Source: an uncultured virus (IMG/VR IMGVR_UViG_3300047409_000475)
Lineage: Duplodnaviria > Heunggongvirae > Uroviricota > Caudoviricetes
DNA length: 64,000 bases
Direction: 5' to 3' (one strand)
IMG/VR virus record: IMGVR_UViG_3300047409_000475
Both the position numbers and the translations under genes were made by a program. The notes under the pieces were generated by a model. It saw only the letters and a program-made list of their open reading frames with translations, was not told the origin of the DNA and made no database searches. This document shows, piece after piece, positions 18,930-27,400 of the stretch (its first letter is position 1; each line of letters opens with the position of its first letter).

Positions 18930-19433
18930 GTGCGGTTCGACCTCGCCGAGGAGCGGGTGATCGACCACCCGCGCTGGGTGGTCGCCCAGACGCAGCCGCT
19001 GTGCGAGCAGCGTGCTACGCGCCACATCCTGCGGCAGGGCGGCGACGTGTTCGCGCCGTTCTTCTACGACCGCTGGGGCAAGTCCCTACGATTATTCCCC
19101 GGCTATCTGTTTGTGCACATCGAGGGCACGGCCAACTGGTTGCAGAACACGATGGGCGTGCTACGTGTGCTGTGCATGGGCTCCAGAGCCTGTGAGGTGA
19201 GGCCGAAGGTGATCGAGGATTATCAGGTGCTGGCCGACGAGGTGGGCGTCGTCTGCTTGCCAAGGGACTACTACCAGCCCGGCCAGTCGGTGCGTATCAC
19301 CGAGGGACCGTTCGAGAACCAGATCGGCATCGTCGAGGGCATGGACGCGCAGCAGCGCGTCGCCATCCTGCTGTCGATCTTGGGCCGCGAAAGCCGCGTG
19401 CATTGCCCCGTGACATTGGTGGCCGCTGTCTGA
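18930..19433 (+). CDS. nusG: NusG/RfaH-family antiterminator
   Basis: NGN domain (WVVAQT...LFPGYLFV) and KOW domain (GQSVRITEGPF). Confidence 0.9.
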   Translation: MRFDLAEERVIDHPRWVVAQTQPLCEQRATRHILRQGGDVFAPFFYDRWGKSLRLFPGYLFVHIEGTANWLQNTMGVLRVLCMGSRACEVRPKVIEDYQVLADEVGVVCLPRDYYQPGQSVRITEGPFENQIGIVEGMDAQQRVAILLSILGRESRVHCPVTLVAAV

Positions 19434-19509
19434 TACGGTGCTGTCGGGGTGTTATCGTTTTGAGAACGTCGAATTGAGGACGGCGCACCCCTGTGCCGCT
19501 GCGGTAGCA

Positions 19510-19881
19510 ATGAAGCGAGCCGTTCTGAAGGTCGAGCGCGAGAAGCTCGATCCCCTTGACCAGCCACTCGGCGACGAACGCGGCTACGACAGCCGTGGCC
19601 GCAAGAAGGGCGGCCAGATGCGGACGACGACCGTGCTGAAGGACGCCATCCTCTACGCCGCCCAGAAGGTGGGCGAGGACGGCAGGGGCCTCAACGGGCT
19701 GGTTGGATACCTCACCAACATCGCCCGCACCGATCCGCGCACCTTCGCTGCGCTGTTGGCGCGCGTCATCCCGCTGCATGTCACCAACACCAACACCGCC
19801 GAGGTGACCTACCGCTCGGTTGACGAGGTGAAGGCCGAGCTCGCGGCACGCGGCATCGTCATCGACCGGGTCTACCATTGA
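19510..19881 (+). CDS. terS: Probable terminase small subunit
   Basis: GRKKG...TTVLKDAILYAA...GLVGYL...DPRTFAALLARVIP; lies upstream of TerL. Confidence 0.7.
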   Translation: MKRAVLKVEREKLDPLDQPLGDERGYDSRGRKKGGQMRTTTVLKDAILYAAQKVGEDGRGLNGLVGYLTNIARTDPRTFAALLARVIPLHVTNTNTAEVTYRSVDEVKAELAARGIVIDRVYH

Positions 19882-20354
19882 GCGCTTGGACGTTTGAATG
19901 GGACGACGCCGCCATCGAGCGCCTGAAGCGCCTGAAGGCTGACGGCCACTCGGCGGTCGATATCGCCAAGCTGCTTGGCGTCAGCAAGAACGCCGTCATC
20001 GGCAAGCTGTATCGCCTGAAGACCGTCGCCGGGCCCGTGCAGGTGGCGCGCACGAAGCGATCCTACCAAGCCAAGCCGCAGCCAAGCCGGAAGCAGAAGC
20101 AGGGCGCGGACAGGTGGTTCAAGATGGAGCCGCCGCCAGCGCCCAAGCCGCAGCAGCCCAATGTGCCGTTCACGCGCTCGATCCTTGAACTTGTGCACGG
20201 TCAGTGCAAGTGGCCAGAGGGTGACCGCGATTTCCTCTTCTGTGGTGAGCCGCAGGCAACGGGGCACGTGTATTGTGCCGCGCATGTCGAGCGTGCCTAC
20301 AACAAACCAAGGCATGGTCTGAGTGCCCATTTCATACGAACAACTCAAGGATAG
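19878..20354 (+). CDS. gcrA: GcrA-like transcription regulator
   Basis: WDDAAIERLKRL...SAVDIA...SKNAVIGKLYRL; CKWPEGD...FCG...YCAAH. Confidence 0.9.
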   Translation: MSAWTFEWDDAAIERLKRLKADGHSAVDIAKLLGVSKNAVIGKLYRLKTVAGPVQVARTKRSYQAKPQPSRKQKQGADRWFKMEPPPAPKPQQPNVPFTRSILELVHGQCKWPEGDRDFLFCGEPQATGHVYCAAHVERAYNKPRHGLSAHFIRTTQG

Positions 20355-21837
20355 CCGCAGCTTCGAGCTCTACAACGAGTGCGCGCGCTCCGAGGCAAGA
20401 GTAGACTTCTACTCGTTCCGCTGCCACATGCGCGAGGACATGAAGATCGGCTGGTGGTTGAAGGAGATATGCGACCACCTGCAGCGCTTCTACCTGCGCT
20501 TTATGAATGGTGAGCGGCCGAAGATGGTGCTGATGGCACCGCCGCAGCACGGCAAGACGACCATCGTCACCGACTTCATCGCGTGGGTGGCGGGCAAGAA
20601 CCCCTCGCTCAGGTGCCTGTTCACGTCCTACTCCGACGATCTCGGGCAGGGCGTCAACGTCAACTTGCAGCGCATGATGGACAGCGACAAATACAAGCAG
20701 GTGTTCGGGCCGCGCCTGCCAAGCTTCGGCCGCTCCATTGCAGGCATGCGCAACAACAACCTGCTGGAATACATGGGCGGGACTGGATCGTTCAAGGGCA
20801 GCTTCCGCAATACTACCGTGAACGGACAGGTTACTGGTAAGGGGCTGGACTTCGGCTTCATCGACGATCCGATCAAGGGCAGGCGTGAAGCAAACTCCAC
20901 GACCGTGCGCGACGCCACGTGGGCGTGGCTCACCGACGATTTCTTCACCCGCTTCTCCGACCACGCCGCGCTGCTGATGACGCTGACCCGCTGGCACCTC
21001 GACGATCCGGCCGGGCGCTTCCTGCAGAAATTTCCTGAGACGGAGGTGCTCGACTACCCGGCCATTGCCACCAAGGATGAGCTCCACCGCCGCAAGGGCG
21101 AGGCGCTGTTCCCCGAGTTCAAGTCGCTGGAGTTCCTCGAAGAGCGGCGGCGCGGCCTGAGCCAAGCCTCGTGGGTGTCGCTCTACCAGCAGAGCCCGAT
21201 CATCGCTGGCGGCGGCATGTTCCCCGTCGAGAAGTTCGCGGTGGTGAACGCGGTGCCGAAGAACGTCATCAAGTGGGTGCGCTACTGGGACAAGGCGGCC
21301 ACCGAGATGGGCGGCGCATACACGGCGGGCGTCAAGATGGGCAAGCTGCCGGACGGCGGCTTCATCGTCTCCGATGTGCGGCGCAAGCAATTGTCGGCAC
21401 TCGAACGCGAGCGCATGATCCTGCAGACGGCGCAGATGGACCGGCAGGAGAGCGGCCCCAACGTCTTGACCGTGGTTGAGCAGGAGCCGGGCTCAGGCGG
21501 CAAGGAGAGCGCCGAGCGCAGCGTGCGGATGCTCGCGGGCTACAAGGCAGAGGCCGACAAGGTCACCGACGCCAAGCACATCCGCGCCGATCCCTACGCC
21601 GCGCAAGTTCAGGCGGGCAACGTGTCGATCCTCTCGGCGATGTGGAACAAGGACTTTTTGAACGAACACGAGACGTTCCCGAATGGCACCTACGTCGATG
21701 TGGTGGACGCCGCCGCAGGCGCGTTCACCAAGCTGACGCTGGGCAGCACCTATGACAGCAGCATGCGGTGGGCGACGGGTGACGTTCCCGACAATGTTTT
21801 GGCACAGCAGCTAAACGGAGGCGCACGGCCATGGTAG
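20323..21837 (+). CDS. terL: Terminase large subunit
   Basis: MAPPQHGKT, IDDPIKG, TRWHLDD, LYQQSP, YWDKAA, DVVDA. Confidence 0.95.
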   Translation: MPISYEQLKDSRSFELYNECARSEARVDFYSFRCHMREDMKIGWWLKEICDHLQRFYLRFMNGERPKMVLMAPPQHGKTTIVTDFIAWVAGKNPSLRCLFTSYSDDLGQGVNVNLQRMMDSDKYKQVFGPRLPSFGRSIAGMRNNNLLEYMGGTGSFKGSFRNTTVNGQVTGKGLDFGFIDDPIKGRREANSTTVRDATWAWLTDDFFTRFSDHAALLMTLTRWHLDDPAGRFLQKFPETEVLDYPAIATKDELHRRKGEALFPEFKSLEFLEERRRGLSQASWVSLYQQSPIIAGGGMFPVEKFAVVNAVPKNVIKWVRYWDKAATEMGGAYTAGVKMGKLPDGGFIVSDVRRKQLSALERERMILQTAQMDRQESGPNVLTVVEQEPGSGGKESAERSVRMLAGYKAEADKVTDAKHIRADPYAAQVQAGNVSILSAMWNKDFLNEHETFPNGTYVDVVDAAAGAFTKLTLGSTYDSSMRWATGDVPDNVLAQQLNGGARPW

Positions 21838-22043
21838 CAGCAGCAAAGACCGCCGCGAAGCCCGCGACGGGTGACAAGAAGCAGACGCCGTGGGACGCGA
21901 TGGGCCTGACCCGGCACGAGTTCATCCGCGAGATGGCGAAGCGCATGAAGGCGGCCCGCTCGGTGCGCCCGACGCCGAGGCCCGATCAACCACTGCCCGA
22001 TGTCGGGCTCGACCGTCCCGGTATGCCGAAGTTCAAGAATTGA
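21831..22043 (+). CDS. Hypothetical protein
   Basis: GGAGG RBS. Confidence 0.6.
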   Translation: MVAAAKTAAKPATGDKKQTPWDAMGLTRHEFIREMAKRMKAARSVRPTPRPDQPLPDVGLDRPGMPKFKN

Positions 22044-22046
22044 GCC

Positions 22047-22298
22047 GTGTCCGAGTGGGACGATGCGCGGTTCACCGCGCAGGCGGGCGCTATCCACCCG
22101 CACGAGCTCCGTTGGCATTGTGAGTTGAAGTGGGGGCAGCGGGGCGTGGCCAACGCGCACGCGCCCGCCAATTGGTTCGTCGAGTTCATCCCCGAGTTCG
22201 GCTACCGGCTCACCAAGGAGCCGCCGTGGCAACGCGGAGACGTCGATGACCCTGACTGGGGTGAGATAGCCTTTTACGGCTACGACGAAGACGACTGA
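22047..22298 (+). CDS. Hypothetical protein
   Basis: 83-aa ORF in operon. Confidence 0.6.
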   Translation: MSEWDDARFTAQAGAIHPHELRWHCELKWGQRGVANAHAPANWFVEFIPEFGYRLTKEPPWQRGDVDDPDWGEIAFYGYDEDD

Positions 22299-22299
22299 T

Positions 22300-22522
22300 C
22301 ACGCCCGCGTGGCTCGGCAAAAGCAAGCGCGGACGTATGGGGCCGGGAGTTGCAATCCCGGCCCCGACCTGATCCCGGTTAGCGTGGCAGGGGTGAACAC
22401 CTCCCCGCCCCTCGACCGTCCTAGCGCTACACCGGACTAGGCGACCTACACCAACACTGAGTTCTGGGTTCCTCCCTGAGCCTTGGACCGCGAGAGCGTG
22501 CGTGTAGGTCGCCGCCCTTTTC
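22300..22522 (+). ncRNA. Putative structured RNA (four hairpins, CCTCCC loops)
   Basis: Stems 22339-48/22356-65 (10 bp), 22375-84/22425-35, 22440-51/22502-13 (12 bp), then TTTT. Confidence 0.55.
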
Positions 22523-22537
22523 AAGGAGCTCAAGCCA

Positions 22538-22804
22538 ATGATCAAGCCAACTGTCGGACGCGTCGTCTGGTTCTACAGCAGCAAGGCCCCGGAGAAGGCG
22601 TTCGCCGCCATGATCGCGCACGTGCACAGCGACCGCATGGTCAACCTCATGGTGGTCGATGCGGACGGTGACCCCTACGGCCAGACCTCCGTGCAGCTTC
22701 TGCAGGACGATGACAAGCCGCAAGGCGGTGCGTTCTGGTGCGCTTGGATGCCCTACCAGCTTGGGCAGGCAGCGAAGACCGAGGCAGCCGAGGCCAAGGC
22801 ATAG
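22538..22804 (+). CDS. Hypothetical phage protein
   Basis: AAGGAG RBS; KPTVGRVVWF...WMPYQ. Confidence 0.8.
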   Translation: MIKPTVGRVVWFYSSKAPEKAFAAMIAHVHSDRMVNLMVVDADGDPYGQTSVQLLQDDDKPQGGAFWCAWMPYQLGQAAKTEAAEAKA

Positions 22805-22815
22805 AGGAGATCAGC

Positions 22816-23142
22816 ATGGGCACCACGACGCACCGCATCGCGGTCAACACCGACGCCTACACCGACGTGAGCGGCGAGGGCAACCTCAACTGCACGCTGG
22901 TGGTTGCCAGCGGGCAGGCGCTGCGCGTCAGCATCGGCGGACCCGGCGTGCCCGACCCGGCCACCGAGAAATACGCACGTGTCACTGGCCCGAGCGGCTC
23001 GTCAGCGCGTGGCAGCGCCATGACCGTGCAAGGCTTCGACCCGGTCGAGGGCGAGCGCCTGTGGGTCAAGTCGGAGAGCGGCGACACCGAGGTCACCGTG
23101 ATGCGCGGCAGCGCCAGCGTCAGCTTTTCATACGGCGGCTGA
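22816..23142 (+). CDS. Hypothetical beta-rich protein
   Basis: GAGGAG RBS. Confidence 0.7.
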   Translation: MGTTTHRIAVNTDAYTDVSGEGNLNCTLVVASGQALRVSIGGPGVPDPATEKYARVTGPSGSSARGSAMTVQGFDPVEGERLWVKSESGDTEVTVMRGSASVSFSYGG

Positions 23143-23155
23143 GCGCCTGCATGCA

Positions 23156-23437
23156 GTGGGAAAGCCCCCCACCAACGGCAACAATCAGGTCATCCTCGCC
23201 GCGCACCCAGCAGGTGCGGTGCAGGCCGGGATTGCGGTCGCGCATGATGCCATAGGCTCGCTCGGCGCGCAGCCTGTCCTGCTCCTCATCGTGCTGCTGA
23301 ACCTCGCCTTCGTCGTGGCCGCCGCCTACTTCCTCGCCACGCTGGAGACGAGCCGCGTCGGGCTGGTCACGAACGTGCTCGACATCGTCAAGGTGTGCGT
23401 CGTGCAGAAGGCGACACCGACGACACTGTCACACTGA
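23156..23437 (+). CDS. Holin-like membrane protein
   Basis: TM segment VLLLIVLLNLAFVVAAAYFL; upstream of endolysin. Confidence 0.55.
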   Translation: MGKPPTNGNNQVILAAHPAGAVQAGIAVAHDAIGSLGAQPVLLLIVLLNLAFVVAAAYFLATLETSRVGLVTNVLDIVKVCVVQKATPTTLSH

Positions 23438-23536
23438 GCTTCACCCGAGGGTGTTCCTTCCCATCGCCCCCAGCCGGTTGATGGTTCACTGGACCCCTTC
23501 GGGTGGAGGCCACCAACAAATGCGGAGGGATTGTTG

Positions 23537-24229
23537 ATGCGAACCGATGAGCTACAGGACCGCTTGCGCTCGCTGGGCTTCGACCCCGGCCCCAGCGACG
23601 GCATGTATGGGCCGCTCACCGAGGATGCGATCTTCGACATGCTCGACGAGTATGCGCCGCTGCCTGCGCCGCCCGAGGTCGAGGAGGGCGGTGAAGGCAC
23701 CCCTGTCCCCGGCATTGTGCCGCCGTCGTGGATGCCGGACTGCAACATGGAGCGCGTCATCTGCCACTGGACGGCAGGCACGCACAAGGCGGGCGGTGGC
23801 GACACGCCGCACTACCACATCCTGATCGAGGGTGACGGCACCCTCGTGCGCGGCTCCTACTCGATCAAGGACAACGTCAGCACCAGCGACGGCACCTACG
23901 CGGCGCACACGAAAAACCTCAACACCGGCTCCATCGGTGTGTCGCTGTGCTGCATGTCGGGCGCAAAGGAAAGCCCGTTCGACGCTGGCGACTACCCGAT
24001 GACCGAGGATCAGTGGGAGACGCTGGTCGCGGTGGTCGCCGATCTCTGTGCCTTCTACAACATCCCGGTCACGCTCACCACGGTGCTCAGCCACGCCGAG
24101 GTGCAGGCCAACTGTGGCGTCGCGCAGGAAGGCAAGTGGGACTACACGCGGCTCGCCTTCGACAGCAATGTGCAGGGCGCGAGGGAGTGCGGCGACAAGC
24201 TGCGGCGTGAAGTGCAGGGAATGCTGTGA
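23537..24229 (+). CDS. Endolysin: PG-binding domain + Amidase_2
   Basis: LQDRLRSLGFDPGPSDGMYGPLT; ICHWTAG, YHILI, AHT...N, SHAE, KWD. Confidence 0.9.
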   Translation: MRTDELQDRLRSLGFDPGPSDGMYGPLTEDAIFDMLDEYAPLPAPPEVEEGGEGTPVPGIVPPSWMPDCNMERVICHWTAGTHKAGGGDTPHYHILIEGDGTLVRGSYSIKDNVSTSDGTYAAHTKNLNTGSIGVSLCCMSGAKESPFDAGDYPMTEDQWETLVAVVADLCAFYNIPVTLTTVLSHAEVQANCGVAQEGKWDYTRLAFDSNVQGARECGDKLRREVQGML

Positions 24230-24336
24230 CAGTCGCCGCGCTGTGCACGCTGTTCGCTGTGCTCGCCATGTTTGGCGGCTTGGTGATCGGCGTGGTCGTC
24301 GGCATCATGTGGGCACAGCAGCACTACGGTGTTTGA
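24226..24336 (+). CDS. Small single-TM protein
   Basis: GTGA overlap with endolysin; hydrophobic, 36 aa. Confidence 0.45.
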   Translation: MTVAALCTLFAVLAMFGGLVIGVVVGIMWAQQHYGV

Positions 24337-24418
24337 GGCGCTGGTCTTCATGGCTGGCGTGATCGTCGGCTTCCTCGTCTCACTGGCGTGGCGCTGCGGC
24401 GACGATGGCGAGGTGTGA
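24329..24418 (+). CDS. Small single-TM protein
   Basis: MFEALVFMAGVIVGFLVSLAWRCGDDGEV. Confidence 0.4.
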   Translation: MFEALVFMAGVIVGFLVSLAWRCGDDGEV

Positions 24419-24463
24419 TCGATATGCAATTTGCAACCGACATTGCGACGGTAAGTAACTGAC

Positions 24464-27400
24464 ATGGGCGCACCGTTCGACGTTGCTGCGATCAAGGACA
24501 GCTTGATCAACCTCATGGCAGGCTTCGGCGTGCCGGGCCGCGACAAGGCGGCCAGCGGCGCGTCGTTCTGGCAGTTCACCCCGCTGTCGCAGTATGAGCT
24601 CGAAAGCGCCTACCGGGCCAACTGGATCGCTCGCAAGCTGATCGACATCCCGGCGCAGGACGCCACGCGCGCGTGGCGTGCGTGGCAGGCCGACACCAAT
24701 GTGGTGGAGCTGCTCGAAGAGGAGGAGACGCGCCTCGACGTGCAGGTGGTGCTGAAGAACGCCCTGATCATGTCGCGCCTCTACGGCGGCGCAGCCATCC
24801 TGCTCGGCGTCAAGGGCGCGAGCAACAACACGCCGCTCGACTACGAGAGCGTCGAGAAGGGCGGCCTTGAGTTCATCGCCGCCGTCTCGCGCTGGGCGCT
24901 CGGCACGGGTCCGCTGGTCAAAGACCCGATGGACCCGATGTATGGCAAGCCCGAGTATTTCACCCGCAACATGGACATCGGCCAGAACCAGACGGCGGCC
25001 GAGTTCCAGATACACCCGAGCCGCGTCATCATGCTGAAGGGCATGAACATGCCGGACCCGGTGATGCAGGGAGAAATCTGGGGCGACAGCGTGCTGCAGA
25101 ATGTGCAGGACGCGGTGCAGTCGGCCACCCTCGTCACCCAGTCCATCGCCACGCTGGTGACCGAGAGCAAGTTCGACATTATCAAAATCCCTGACCTGTC
25201 GCAGAACATCGCCACCGCCGAGTATCAGAACCGGCTCACGGCGAGGTTTGTGTATGCCAACTCGGTGAAGAGCGTGATCAACACGCTGCTGCTCGACAAG
25301 GAAGAGGAGTGGGAGCGCATCAATGCGAATTTCACGCAACTCCCCGATGTCCTGCAGATGTATCTCCTCATCGCCTCCGGTGCAGCAGACATCCCCGCTA
25401 CACGTATGCTCGGGCAGTCCCCTGCTGGACTACAGTCTACTGGAGAGAGTGATGTCCGTAACTACTACGACCGAATTAACAGCGATCAAACCAACGTATT
25501 GTCTCCCGCCCTTGCTGCTCTTGACGATGTATTGATCCGCTCTGCATTGGGCGACCGCGATCCTAGTCTGTATTATATCTGGAACCCGCTGTGGCAGATG
25601 CCCGCCACCGAGAAGGCGGCGGTCGCCAAGCAGAAGGCGGAAGCCTTCAACGTGGACATCATGGCCGGTGCTGTCGATGCCGAGGCGCTGCGCATCGGGC
25701 GGCAGAACCAGTTGATCGAGGACGGCACCTACCCCGGCCTTGAGCAGGCGCTGGAGCAACAAGACCAACTCGACATGGAGAGCATGCTGTCTCCCGAGGA
25801 GCAGGATGCGCAAGCGCAGGCCGAGATGGAGAAGCAGGCGGCGCTGGCTGGCCCCGGTCAACCGGGACAGCCGGGCCAGCCGGGCCAGCCGAATGGTGGC
25901 GGCAATCCGTTCCAGCGTGGCAAGGCACCGCAGAAGAAGGGCAACCCGTTCCAGAAGAAGGACAGCAGACCACTTGCCGTCGGCCGCCGCCTCAAGAAGG
26001 CACGCAGCACCCCGATCTTCAAGCGCCGCGCCGAATGGCTCGCCTCTGTGGCGCGCGATTACAACGAGTGCCATGACCCGGATACCGGCCTGTTCTGCGG
26101 CGAGGGTGGCACCAGCTACAGCGGCCCCTCGTCTGGATCGAGCGATCCGTATCAGTCCGAGGGCGCGACCGGCTTTGGTGCCGAGATCATGTCGGCGGCG
26201 CACGGCCGCCTGCACGGTGGCGAGCACGGCGTGTTCCGCGCTGAAGACCAAGGCATGGCCGACAAGCTGGAACGCGATATGGGGCGCGTGCTGGGCGAGC
26301 TCGACCGCTACAAGGAGAAGCCGGACAGCACGCGCATCAAGAACCTGATGGTCGAGCACCGCGACCTGATGAAGCAGATACGCCGCCTGCGCCTCGATCC
26401 GGGTGGCCTGCAAGGCTTCGGCAAGCCGGGCGGGCACCGCGACGTGGTGATCATTGGCGGCGGTCCCGCAGGCCTCAACGCGCTGGTCAATGCCGCCTAC
26501 GAGGGCATGGACGCCACGCTGCTGGAGGGCGGCTCGGACATTGGCGGCCAGTCACGCACCAGCGGCGGCATCAAGAACGTCGCAGGCACCAAATACGGGA
26601 CGCGTGGCAAGGCCTACTTCGAACGCCTCGCCAACCTCGCCACCGCCAACGGCGGCGAGATACGCACGCAGTCGAAGGTCCGCAACCTCACCTACGATCC
26701 GACTACCGGCCTGAAGACCATCCACCTCGACAACGGTGAGACGATCACTGCCCGCAACGTGGTGATCGCGACCGGCGTGCAGTTCAAGGTGATCAACTTC
26801 AAGGGCTCGGAGGGCACTGGCGTGCACTTCGGCGGCCACAACGATCTGCTCAACGAGGCGAAGGCGGCAGGCCGGGCGCAGAACCGCCCCGGCCACGTCG
26901 TCATCGTCGGCGGCTCGAATGGCGCGGCGCAGGCCGCGATCAGCGCCTCCAACGCCGGGCTGAAGGTCACCATCCTGTCGCGCTCCCCCATTGGCGGCGA
27001 GACGGGCAAGATGAGTGCCGATCCGTTGAAGGTCATTCGCGCCAAGCAGCGCACCAACATCAACGTGGTCGAGGGCGACGAGATCGCCGAGCTACAGCGT
27101 GACGCCGATGGCAAGCCGGTGGCCATCATCACCAAGGGCGGCAAGCGGCTGCCCGCCGACAGCGTCGGGCTGTATCTTGGACAGGCACCCGACACATCGT
27201 GGCTGCCCGACAGCATCGAGCGCGACGAGAAGGGTTACATCAAGGCTGATGTCGATCTGCGCTCCACCATGCCCGGCGTGTTCGTTCCCGGCGATGCACG
27301 CTCCGATCCGCCCGGCCGCGTGCAACGCTCCGGTGCCGAGGGCCAGACCTCCGTCGTCGGCGTGTTCAAATACCAGACCCAGCAGGCGCTCGCCTACGCA

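Noticed and set aside
22339..22365. tRNA-Ala or tmRNA starting GGGGCC
   Set aside because: Only a single hairpin; no D or T arms and no CCA
24464..25800. Anti-CBASS Acb1 label sometimes attached to DUF1073 proteins
   Set aside because: Motifs and position (after TerL, before MuF and protease) indicate a portal; no 2H phosphoesterase motifs seen
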